A stretch of 55,200 nt of DNA, taken from the NCBI GenBank assembly GCA_001785735.1, contig MFUP01000005.1:1-55200 (forward strand), written 5' to 3'. A program made the translations under genes and the position numbers. Positions 46,072 through 54,277 of the stretch are shown piece by piece. A model generated the notes under the pieces. It was given only the letters and a program-made list of their open reading frames with translations. It was not told the origin of the DNA and searched no databases. The number at the start of each line of letters is the position of its first letter. Positions within the stretch are counted from its first letter, which is position 1. This DNA is from Candidatus Nomurabacteria bacterium RIFCSPLOWO2_01_FULL_33_24. GTDB lineage: Bacteria > Patescibacteriota > Minisyncoccia > Phycocordibacterales > MFUP01.

Positions 46072-46114
46072 CCTTTTTGATTGAACATTTTATAAATTAA
46101 ATTAGAGTGAAGAA

Positions 46115-46147
46115 ATAAAAAAACGCCTTCCCGTTAGGCGTTTTTGG
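46115..46147 (-). terminator. Intrinsic terminator after ORF 46153-46635
   Basis: On the minus strand: AACGCCU-AACGGGA-AGGCGUU followed by a U-run. Confidence 0.7.
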
Positions 46148-46152
46148 TTTTT

Positions 46153-46635
46153 TTAATAAAGACTCATGCCAGAATACTTGTGATAACCAAGAATTTTTCC
46201 TGAATTTGCGTCCTTAATTTCTTCTCTTCCATCAAAATCTTCAAATTCATTTTTTGTTACTTTATTTTCATATATTAAGGAACTATTTCTGTAAAACTCA
46301 GGACCTCGACCCCCAAGAAATATTCCTTGTTGATAATTTTTCATAAGAGCTTCTTTTAAGAATGAAATAACTTCCTTTTTATAAAATCCACCAAAAAACA
46401 TTATCCATTGTACAATCCCGTCTTCCCAAATTGTGGTTGTTCCGGCAGATTTTTTACTCCCACTTGAAACACAATAATTATCTAAAGAATATAAATTTCC
46501 TTCGGTAAACTGAATAGCTTTGTAATTAGGCATTCTGGATATCTTTATTTTTTTATAATTGGAGGCCCAACCATTTAACATACTCTTAAAAAAGAAAGCT
46601 TTTATTTTGTTTCGTTCCTCTATAACAAATTCCAT
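46153..46635 (-). CDS. Hypothetical soluble protein (possibly DUF5680-like)
   Basis: 160-aa ORF with its own promoter (TTGTCA, N17, TAAGAT with an upstream TG) and terminator. No motif recognised with confidence. Confidence 0.55.
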   Translation of the reverse strand: MEFVIEERNKIKAFFFKSMLNGWASNYKKIKISRMPNYKAIQFTEGNLYSLDNYCVSSGSKKSAGTTTIWEDGIVQWIMFFGGFYKKEVISFLKEALMKNYQQGIFLGGRGPEFYRNSSLIYENKVTKNEFEDFDGREEIKDANSGKILGYHKYSGMSLY

Positions 46636-46707
46636 AGTCTTTTTTTTGTTAAAAATCAGATTTTTTCTTATCTTAACATAAACTGATTAGATTGACAAAT
46701 AATATTT

Positions 46708-47154
46708 TTATTGAATTTTTAGAAGACGGTCTATCTGGCGGTCACTTTCTCGTCTTTTAATTGTTTCTCTTTTGTCGCGTTCTTTTTTCCCACGCACGAT
46801 AGCAACTTGAACTTTGATATTTCTTGCTTTAAGGTACATGGAAATAGGAACAACAGTAAACCCTTTCATTTTTTCTTTCCCCATAATCTCATGGATTTCT
46901 TTTTTAGTCATTAAAAGTTTGCGATTTCGGTAAGAATCATAATCTTTGGAGGTATTATTTGGTTGATAGGGGGGAATATGAGCGCCTACCAAGTAAGCCT
47001 CGGCTCCTCTGATAATTACATGAGCCCCATCCAATGATCCTTGTTTTCTTTTAATAGATTTAACTTCTAACCCCAAAAGCTCAATGCCACTCTCATATTC
47101 TTCCAAGATTTCATAATTAAATTTCGCCTTCTTGTTTTCTATTAGTCTTCCCAT
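46708..47154 (-). CDS. smpB: SsrA-binding protein SmpB
   Basis: NKKAKFNYEILEEYESGIELLGLEVKSIK... typical SmpB; adjacent to ssrA. Confidence 0.95.
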   Translation of the reverse strand: MGRLIENKKAKFNYEILEEYESGIELLGLEVKSIKRKQGSLDGAHVIIRGAEAYLVGAHIPPYQPNNTSKDYDSYRNRKLLMTKKEIHEIMGKEKMKGFTVVPISMYLKARNIKVQVAIVRGKKERDKRETIKRRESDRQIDRLLKIQ

Positions 47155-47230
47155 TTCTTAATTCTAACATACTCATTAAAACAATAAATAAATAGACAAA
47201 AAGATAGAAATATATATAATAACACTATTA

Positions 47231-49156
47231 ATGGTTAAAATTTTTATGCCAAAATTAAATAAAAAAGAAAAAAAACAGTCAAGTTGGTCTCAGTTTGGAG
47301 GTTCTATTTTAACTACCATTCTTATTTTCTTGGTAATAATTGCTATTTTTTCTTTAACGGCTGACGAAAAAAATAAGATTGAAGAAATATCCATTTCCGA
47401 GTTGGCTCAAAGTGTTGCTTCTGGAGAAATTAAAAAAATTGAAGTCGCGGGAGAAAAACTTAATATTGAATTTTTAAATGAGACTGAAAAAAAGTCAAAA
47501 AAAGAAACAGAATCTTCTCTTTCAGAGACACTTTCTAATTATGGAGTTCCGGTTGAAATGTTAAATGCTACGGAAATTGATATTAAAAGTGAATCCGGGT
47601 TTGGTTTTTGGCTTCTTAGAATTTCTCCTATCTTAATTCCAATTTTATTTATCCTTATTTTCTTTTGGTTTATTTCTAAGCAAGTAAAGGGTTCTGGGGG
47701 AATGCAAGCTTTTACTTTTGGTCAATCAAAAGCGAGAATGACTGATCCCTCTGATACAAACAACAGAGTAACTTTTAAAGATGTGGCTGGGGTAAAAGAA
47801 GCCAAAGAAGAATTAAAGGAAATTGTAGATTTTCTTCGTAATCCAAAAAAATTCTTAGATATTGGAGCTCGTATCCCAAAAGGAATAATTTTGACTGGAG
47901 CTCCCGGAACAGGGAAGACTTTATTAGCTCGAGCGACAGCCGGAGAAGCAAAAGTTCCTTTCTTTCACCTTTCTGGGTCAGAATTTGTAGAAATGTTTGT
48001 TGGAGTAGGAGCTTCTCGGGTTCGTGATTTATTTAAAATGGCTAAAAAAGCTTCTCCCTCTATTATTTTTGTTGATGAAATTGACGCGGTGGGAAGAGTT
48101 CGGGGAATTGGAGTGGGAGGAGGAAATGATGAAAGAGAACAAACCCTTAATCAAATTTTAGTTGAACTAGATGGCTTTGAACCTAATGAAAAAGTAATTG
48201 TTATGGCCGCCACTAACCGCCCAGATGTTTTAGACCCAGCTCTTTTACGAACTGGTCGCTTTGATCGTCGAGTTATTCTTGATTTACCGGACAGGGGAGA
48301 TAGAGAAAAGATTCTTGAAATCCATTCTCTTAAGAAACCATTAGCCGAAGATGTTAATTTAAAAGTAATTGCCGAAAGAACCCCTGGTTTTTCTGGGGCA
48401 GATCTTTTCTCTTTAATGAACGAAGGGGCAATTTTAGCTGCGAGAGAAGAAAGAAAAAAAGTTTCTCAGTTTGATTTAATTCGGTCAATTGAAAAAGTTA
48501 TGTTAGGACCTGAAAGAAAAAGTCATTTATTATCTAAAAAAGAAAAAGAAATTACCGCTTATCATGAAGCGGGGCATGCTTTGTTAGCCTCGGTTCTTCC
48601 TAATGCTGATCCGGTTCATAAAATTTCTATTGTTTCCCGAGGTCATGCTGGCGGTTATACTTTAAAACTACCAATAGAAGAAAGAAAATTACAATCTAAA
48701 AAAGAATTTATTGCTGATCTGGCTGTTTATCTTGGTGGTTATGTCGCTGAAAAAATAATTTTTAATGATGTTACTACTGGTCCTTCTAATGATTTACAAA
48801 TAGCGACTGCTTTAGCTCGAGATATGGTAACTAAATATGGAATGTCAGATAAATTAGGTCCAGTGGCCATAGAAGGATTTGGGGGAAGGATTATTTTTGG
48901 ACAAGGAATAGAAAACAAAGAATATTCTGAAAAAGTTTCTGCTTTAGTTGACGAAGAAGTAAAAAAACTTATTGACGAAGCGTTTAAAACAGCTAATGAA
49001 GTGATTATTAAACACAAAAAAGCTCTTGATGCTATTGCCAAAGAATTAATAAAAGTTGAGACTTTAGAACAAGCTGAATTTGACAAACTTCTTATTCTTA
49101 ATAATATAAAACCTAAGAAAGAAGCAACGAAAAAAATAAATAAATTGCGCGTGTAG
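47231..49156 (+). CDS. ftsH: ATP-dependent zinc metalloprotease FtsH
   Basis: Two N-terminal TM helices, AAA+ GAPGTGKT and [16 protein letters not shown] zinc motif. Confidence 0.97.
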   Translation: MVKIFMPKLNKKEKKQSSWSQFGGSILTTILIFLVIIAIFSLTADEKNKIEEISISELAQSVASGEIKKIEVAGEKLNIEFLNETEKKSKKETESSLSETLSNYGVPVEMLNATEIDIKSESGFGFWLLRISPILIPILFILIFFWFISKQVKGSGGMQAFTFGQSKARMTDPSDTNNRVTFKDVAGVKEAKEELKEIVDFLRNPKKFLDIGARIPKGIILTGAPGTGKTLLARATAGEAKVPFFHLSGSEFVEMFVGVGASRVRDLFKMAKKASPSIIFVDEIDAVGRVRGIGVGGGNDEREQTLNQILVELDGFEPNEKVIVMAATNRPDVLDPALLRTGRFDRRVILDLPDRGDREKILEIHSLKKPLAEDVNLKVIAERTPGFSGADLFSLMNEGAILAAREERKKVSQFDLIRSIEKVMLGPERKSHLLSKKEKEITAYHEAGHALLASVLPNADPVHKISIVSRGHAGGYTLKLPIEERKLQSKKEFIADLAVYLGGYVAEKIIFNDVTTGPSNDLQIATALARDMVTKYGMSDKLGPVAIEGFGGRIIFGQGIENKEYSEKVSALVDEEVKKLIDEAFKTANEVIIKHKKALDAIAKELIKVETLEQAEFDKLLILNNIKPKKEATKKINKLRV

Positions 49157-49219
49157 CTCAGTTGGTAGAGCGTCGAGCTTATATCTCGGTGGTCCTAGGT
49201 TCGAGTCCTAGCACGCGCA
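49147..49219 (+). tRNA. tRNA-Ile with anticodon UAU
   Basis: Hand-folded cloverleaf. Acceptor GCGCGUG/CACGCGC; D arm GCUC-AGUUGGUA-GAGC. Anticodon stem UCGAG/CUCGG with loop C-U-UAU-A-U. T arm CUAGG-UUCGAGU-CCUAG; discriminator A. CCA is not encoded. The first 10 nt overlap the ftsH 3' end. Confidence 0.88.
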
Positions 49220-49223
49220 TAAT

Positions 49224-50234
49224 CTAAATAATACAATGTTGGTTTGAAGGAAAAGTGACAGCTTTTTTGATGCTATCCGCTCCATTAATCCACTTTAAGA
49301 TTCTAGACATTCCAAAACCACAACCAGCGTGGGGGACACATTTTTCCTTTACTTTATCAACATACCAAGCAAAATCATCCATACTTCCACCCATAGCTTG
49401 AAGTCTTTTAAACATCCGAGAATTTTCAAGACGATAAACTAATGTTTCGTGATCATCAACCCTAGCGGCTGAACCAACAGCTTCACCGGCAATAGGTAAA
49501 ACTAAATCAGCCGAGAGAACCAACCCAGGATTTTCAGGATCGGGGATCATATTAAAAAATTTTTCTACCTCTATTTTTTTTCCGTGATTCCAAAGAGGGT
49601 CAGGATAGTGAGTAATAAGTAAAGGTTGTCCCCCATATTCCTCTACTAATTTCTGTTCATCGGAATTTCCAATATCATCTCCCCAATTAAGTCCCAATTT
49701 TTCAATTGCCTCAGTATAAGTAATTTTTGGGAAAACTGGTTGGACTTTTTTTAATCTTAAAAGGTCACTTTCTCTTAAACCCATCGTCGCTTGTTCCTCT
49801 TCACTTAGTTTTAAAATATCTTGAGTAATATTATAAACAAATCCCTCAATGTACCGAAGTAAGTCTTGAAAAGTTCCAGCAAATTCTATTTCCATCATTT
49901 GGAATTCTGTTAGATGTCGATCATCATTACCAGCCTCAGCTCTAAAACTTGGTCCAACACAATAAGTTTTTTTTAAATAAGGGACAAAAGCTTCTAAATA
50001 CAGTTGCCCCGTTTGAGCTAAATAAGCCTGGTGTTTTCCTTTTTTCGGTTCTCCAAACCAATTAAAATCTTTTTCGGAAGTAACTTCAAAAAGAGTATTC
50101 ACATTTTCACAAGCTCCTGAAGCTCGAACAATTCGGGGAGTGAAAAGTTCTATAAATCCTTCTTTTTCTAAATAATGGCGACCTGATTTGAAAACTTTGG
50201 CTTCCAGCATGGCAGTAGTTAATTTGTTTCTCAT
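49224..50234 (-). CDS. Class IIb aminoacyl-tRNA synthetase catalytic-core paralog (AsnRS/AspRS-like, no anticodon-binding domain); candidate AsnRS-related asparagine synthetase
   Basis: 336 aa. Motif 1 region EKEGFIELFTPRIV; motif 2 GPSFRAE...RHLTEFQMMEIE; motif 3 AGCGFGMSRILKWI. The N-terminal OB domain is absent. Confidence 0.75.
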   Translation of the reverse strand: MRNKLTTAMLEAKVFKSGRHYLEKEGFIELFTPRIVRASGACENVNTLFEVTSEKDFNWFGEPKKGKHQAYLAQTGQLYLEAFVPYLKKTYCVGPSFRAEAGNDDRHLTEFQMMEIEFAGTFQDLLRYIEGFVYNITQDILKLSEEEQATMGLRESDLLRLKKVQPVFPKITYTEAIEKLGLNWGDDIGNSDEQKLVEEYGGQPLLITHYPDPLWNHGKKIEVEKFFNMIPDPENPGLVLSADLVLPIAGEAVGSAARVDDHETLVYRLENSRMFKRLQAMGGSMDDFAWYVDKVKEKCVPHAGCGFGMSRILKWINGADSIKKAVTFPSNQHCII

Positions 50235-50283
50235 AACTTTTTTGTTAACCCTGTTTATTGACTAGATAAACATTCATTTGGGC

Positions 50284-50309
50284 AAAAAAAATTCCCCTAA
50301 TGGGGAATT
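50284..50309 (-). terminator. Intrinsic terminator inside the 5' leader of the AsnRS-like gene (candidate attenuator)
   Basis: Minus strand: AAUUCCCC-AUUA-GGGGAAUU followed by U7 (UUUUUUU). It lies about 50 nt upstream of the ATG and downstream of a TTGACT-N16-TGTTATCCT promoter (50388-50415). Confidence 0.6.
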
Positions 50310-50466
50310 AATTGATAAATTTTTGGCCAACTTGGCCGGAGGAGTGATTGTCTTCTTTTTTAATAATATTTTTTATCACTAAGATAAAGGATAACAAATT
50401 ATTTTTTTTAGTCAACAAGAAAATCTGTGGAAAACCCCATTACTCAGATTCTAGTATAATTACTTT

Positions 50467-50949
50467 ATGGATATTATTACTATTTTACAAAACAAACCAG
50501 TTCTGATAGGTCTTCATTTGGGTTTTGCTATTATTGGGATAGATGCTTTTTTGTGGTTACTTTGGAAATTTAGAAGTAATAACTCTTCTCAAAAAAACGG
50601 GACCAAGACGGCTCTCGTAGGAGTCATTTCTTTTATTTTTAGTTGGATTGCCGGCGGCTATTATTATGTTGTTTTCTATGGGGCGCTTGTAAAGCCGATA
50701 ATTAAAACGGGAATGGCTCCGTGGGCGCATAATGTTGTTATGGAAATAAAGGAGCATATTTTTTTATTTATTATCCCTCTGGCCATGACAGTTTTTTTTA
50801 TTACCTTACTAAAAATGGAAGAAATTGAACAATTTAAGCTTCATCGTCTTGTTTGTTGGCTTTCTGGAACCGTGGCTGTTCTTGGACTTTTGATTGGCGT
50901 TATGGGATTTATCATTTCAGCTGCCGCTCGTTGGGGAGCAATAGGTTAA
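50467..50949 (+). CDS. Polytopic membrane protein, unknown function
   Basis: 160 aa, 4-5 hydrophobic helices. Confidence 0.55.
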   Translation: MDIITILQNKPVLIGLHLGFAIIGIDAFLWLLWKFRSNNSSQKNGTKTALVGVISFIFSWIAGGYYYVVFYGALVKPIIKTGMAPWAHNVVMEIKEHIFLFIIPLAMTVFFITLLKMEEIEQFKLHRLVCWLSGTVAVLGLLIGVMGFIISAAARWGAIG

Positions 50950-50955
50950 TAATAT

Positions 50956-51285
50956 ATGAATATGAATAAATTAAAATTAATTATTGCCTCAGCTTATGCA
51001 GCCCTCGTTTCAGTTTTATTTGTGGTGATTATTACTATTATCTCTGAATTAGTTCCTTCACTAAAAGATTGGTTAAAAAATCTTTTTGGGCACCACTGGG
51101 TATCAAAAAGTATTCTTTCTGTATTACTGTATCTAATTGTCGCCAAGATATTATATTTTTCAGTTTGTAATAACAATAATGGTCAGCGAGTTAGAAAATC
51201 ACTTAAGCTACTTTTAATATTTGTTGTCTTGGGTGTTGTTGCTATCTCGCTGTTTTATATTGGACATTACTTTCATATTTTTTAA
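50956..51285 (+). CDS. Small membrane protein, unknown function
   Basis: 109 aa, 3 hydrophobic helices; 6 nt after the previous ORF. Confidence 0.5.
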   Translation: MNMNKLKLIIASAYAALVSVLFVVIITIISELVPSLKDWLKNLFGHHWVSKSILSVLLYLIVAKILYFSVCNNNNGQRVRKSLKLLLIFVVLGVVAISLFYIGHYFHIF

Positions 51286-51389
51286 TTTTTAAACTACTTG
51301 CCCTGGGGATAATTTTACCCCGTATCAGAATTTGACTAATAAATTTAAGGAACGAGGTGACTTATCCACAAATTTGATACGAGGGAGGC

Positions 51390-51418
51390 TTGACTAAAGT
51401 ACTTTACTTTAGTAAAGT
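51390..51418 (+). promoter_or_regulatory. Promoter with an embedded palindromic operator array upstream of the YerC/TrpR-like gene
   Basis: TTGACT (51390-51395), N17, TAAAGT (51413-51418). The spacer holds palindromes TAAAGTACTTTA (51395-51406) and ACTTTAGTAAAGT (51406-51418). Confidence 0.5.
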
Positions 51419-51424
51419 GGAGGA

Positions 51425-51754
51425 ATGTCTAATCTGAATATAAATTGGAACACCAAAGAAAAACAAGATTTTTTGAAAGCAATTTTATCCTTAGAAAACA
51501 AGGACGAAGCTAAGCGTTTCTTGCGTGATCTTTTAACTAAGTCTGAAATAGAAGAGTTTTCTAAGCGTTTACTGACTGCGGATTTACTTTCAAGCGATGT
51601 TCAATATAACGCTATTATTGAAAAAACTGGATTAAGTTCTACTACTATTGCTCGTATTTCCCGGTGGCTAAAAAAAGGCACTGGCGGATATAAATTGGTA
51701 ATTTCCAGAATTAACCATCATCATCCTATCAAACTTAGGAAGGGATTGTCTTGA
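51425..51754 (+). CDS. YerC/YecD (TrpR-like) family DNA-binding protein
   Basis: Close resemblance, from memory, to B. subtilis YerC: ...LSLENKDEAKRFLRDLLT..EIEEFSKR...EKTGLSSTTIARISRWLKKGTGGY. Confidence 0.8.
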   Translation: MSNLNINWNTKEKQDFLKAILSLENKDEAKRFLRDLLTKSEIEEFSKRLLTADLLSSDVQYNAIIEKTGLSSTTIARISRWLKKGTGGYKLVISRINHHHPIKLRKGLS

Positions 51755-51785
51755 TGGGTAAATAATATTTTTAATATATAAAGCC

Positions 51786-51820
51786 AACCCCTTCTTAAGT
51801 TTAAGAAGGGGTTTTGCGTT
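51786..51820 (+). terminator. Intrinsic terminator after the YerC-like gene
   Basis: AACCCCUUCUUAA-GU-UUAAGAAGGGGUU followed by UUUGCGUUUG. Confidence 0.7.
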
Positions 51821-51884
51821 TGCTCCTGAACAAGCGTGGGGTATCTGTCTCGAACAGAGTTTTGTATATTAAAAACTAAATAAT

Positions 51885-52058
51885 ATGAATCAAGAAGAAT
51901 TAGAAAAATTGGAAGAAGTATTTATAAACTACAAAAAAGTTTTTAAGGAAAATGGAATCAAACTAAACTTTAATAGGAAACAATTTCTTAAGATGTTTAA
52001 CCAACCAGATGTTATCCAATACATCATAAAAAAACAATGCTTTATTTATGTGAGTTAA
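51885..52058 (+). CDS. Candidate 57-aa small protein (not in the ORF track)
   Basis: MNQEELEKLEEVFINYKKVFKENGIKLNFNRKQFLKMFNQPDVIQYIIKKQCFIYVS. Followed by a strong hairpin plus T-run. Confidence 0.35.
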   Translation: MNQEELEKLEEVFINYKKVFKENGIKLNFNRKQFLKMFNQPDVIQYIIKKQCFIYVS

Positions 52059-52070
52059 ATATTTTTTTAA

Positions 52071-52107
52071 TACTTCACTTTGGTTAACTAAAGTGGAGTA
52101 TTTTTTT
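52071..52107 (+). terminator. Intrinsic terminator (plus strand)
   Basis: UACUUCACUUUGG-UUAA-CUAAAGUGGAGUA (two G-U pairs) followed by U7. Confidence 0.7.
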
Positions 52108-52118
52108 ATTTTTTTATT

Positions 52119-54257
52119 TTATTCAAAATGGAGATTGAGATTTTTGGAAACAAGGACCTTTTTTAATTCGGGATGACTATCTAGTTCAGGGTCTTGTTTT
52201 ATCATCTCTTGAGCTTCATTGCGAGCCGCTTCCACCATCTTGATATTTTTAATGGCTTCCATCCCAATATCGGAAATACCCCATTGTTTGGTCCCCAATA
52301 ATTCACCGGCTCCTCGTAACTCTAAATCCAATTCTGAAAGTTCAAACCCATTTTTAGCTGTTTTCAAAGCTTTTAAGCGGTCAAGACTTTTTTGACCCTT
52401 AGTATCGGAAAAAATGTAGCAATAAGCCTGATGCTCGCTTCTTAAAACTCGTCCTCTTAATTGGTGAAGTTGAGCTAAGCCAAATCGTTCCGCCCCTTCT
52501 ATTAAAATGACGGTGGCATTAGGTACATTTATTCCTACCTCAATTACGGAAGTGGCCACTAAAATATTTATTTCACCGGCAGAGAAATCTTTCATCACCT
52601 CTTCTTTTTTAATTTTAGTCATCTTACTATGCAAAATGGCAATTCTTTCTTTAGGAAAAACTTCCTTTTCTAAACGTTTAGCTTCTGCCGTGACAGATTT
52701 TACATTTAAAGCCATTTCTTTATTTGGATCTGGCTCTTCGATTCGGGGACAGATAACATAAACCTGCCGTCCTTTTTTTAATTCTAATTTTATTTCTTCA
52801 TAGGCTTTGTTTCTTTTTTCTGGAACAACAATCTCGGTGATAACAGGTTTTCTCCCTAAAGGCATTTCATCAAGCAAGGTTAAATCTAGATCGCCAAAGA
52901 TAGTTAAGGCCAAAGTTCGGGGGATTGGGGTTGCCGTCATAGATAAAAAATGGGGAGCAAATCCATCTTTCCTTACTAACTTACTTCGTTGATTAGTTCC
53001 AAAGCGATGTTGTTCGTCAATAATCACCAAAGCCAAGTTTTTAAATTTAACTGTTTTTTGGATTAAAGAATGAGTTCCAATTAAGATAGGAATTTCTCCG
53101 TTGGCGACCCATTTTAATAATTGAGCTCTGGGAATATTAGTCCATCCCCCAGGTTTTACTTTAGAGGGAAATTTTTTACATCCAGAAGAAGTAATTAAAC
53201 CAATATTGATATTTAAGTGTTTAAAATATTGGATAAATGATTCATAAAGTTGATTAGCTAATACTTCTGTTGGAGCCATATAGGCAACTTGAAGATTGCC
53301 AAAATCTTGTTTCAGAGGGTGATTTCTAATAACAGCATAAGAAATAGAAGCCGCCACGGCTGTTTTTCCAGAACCAACATCTCCCTCTAATAATCGAGAC
53401 ATCGGATGACTTTTCTTTATATCATTTAAAATATAATCAATCGCTTTTTGTTGAGATTTCGTTAATTCAAAATCAAATCTAGAGATAAAATTTTTAATAT
53501 CTTTTTCAACTGAATCAATCGCAAAAGACTTATTTTTTTTATACTCCAAACGATCATGTTGTCTTTTAAGCTGGATAAAGAATACTTCTTCAAAAGCAAA
53601 TCTTTTTCTGGCAGATAAAGCATCATTCTTGTTTTGAGGGGAGTGAATCCAAATTAAAGCTGTCTTAAGGGAAGGAAGATTATATTTTTTTAACATTTCT
53701 TTAGGCAGATAATCCTTAATTTCCTTTACTAAATTATTAACTAAAATTTTTTTAATAGAATGATAAATCCATCTAGAGGTTAACCCTCTTTTTTCAGGAT
53801 AAAGAGGATAACCTAATTGGTTATTAGCGCTTGAATTCCAAATTGATTGTTCAACATTTTTCTCAAGTTCTGGATTAGCTAAGTAGACACCATTTTTCCC
53901 CCCAGTTATTTTTCCTGTTAATTGAACCGTTTGCCCTTCTTGAGTCATTTTGGCCAAATAAGCTTGATTAAACCAAATTATTTTTATTTTTCCTGACAAG
54001 TCTTCTAAATAACCTTCTCCCATTGGAATTTTTCTTTTCCAAGCTTTTCTAGTTCTGAGCTTTGAGATTTTGCCTGACAAGGTGACATTTTCTCCAATTT
54101 TAACATCTCTAATTTGCTTTATTTCTGACGGGTTGCTATAGCGAGAGGGAAAATAAAAAAGCAAATCCACGATAGTTTCTAGATTTGCTCTTGATAAAGC
54201 CCTTTTTTGAGTCTCATTTAATCTAAAAATATCTCTAAGGGGAGATAATAATTGCAT
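52119..54257 (-). CDS. recG: ATP-dependent DNA helicase RecG
   Basis: N-terminal wedge/OB region, Walker A GDVGSGKT, IIDEQHRFG, QLHQLRGRV; 712 aa. Confidence 0.95.
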   Translation of the reverse strand: MQLLSPLRDIFRLNETQKRALSRANLETIVDLLFYFPSRYSNPSEIKQIRDVKIGENVTLSGKISKLRTRKAWKRKIPMGEGYLEDLSGKIKIIWFNQAYLAKMTQEGQTVQLTGKITGGKNGVYLANPELEKNVEQSIWNSSANNQLGYPLYPEKRGLTSRWIYHSIKKILVNNLVKEIKDYLPKEMLKKYNLPSLKTALIWIHSPQNKNDALSARKRFAFEEVFFIQLKRQHDRLEYKKNKSFAIDSVEKDIKNFISRFDFELTKSQQKAIDYILNDIKKSHPMSRLLEGDVGSGKTAVAASISYAVIRNHPLKQDFGNLQVAYMAPTEVLANQLYESFIQYFKHLNINIGLITSSGCKKFPSKVKPGGWTNIPRAQLLKWVANGEIPILIGTHSLIQKTVKFKNLALVIIDEQHRFGTNQRSKLVRKDGFAPHFLSMTATPIPRTLALTIFGDLDLTLLDEMPLGRKPVITEIVVPEKRNKAYEEIKLELKKGRQVYVICPRIEEPDPNKEMALNVKSVTAEAKRLEKEVFPKERIAILHSKMTKIKKEEVMKDFSAGEINILVATSVIEVGINVPNATVILIEGAERFGLAQLHQLRGRVLRSEHQAYCYIFSDTKGQKSLDRLKALKTAKNGFELSELDLELRGAGELLGTKQWGISDIGMEAIKNIKMVEAARNEAQEMIKQDPELDSHPELKKVLVSKNLNLHFE

Positions 54258-54277
54258 ACTTCTATTTTATAATATTT

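Noticed and set aside
46021-46707. A genomic island integrated at the ssrA 3' end.
   Set aside because: No integrase, and no direct repeat of the ssrA 3' terminus, was seen flanking the single inserted ORF. Both of its ends are ordinary terminators and promoters.
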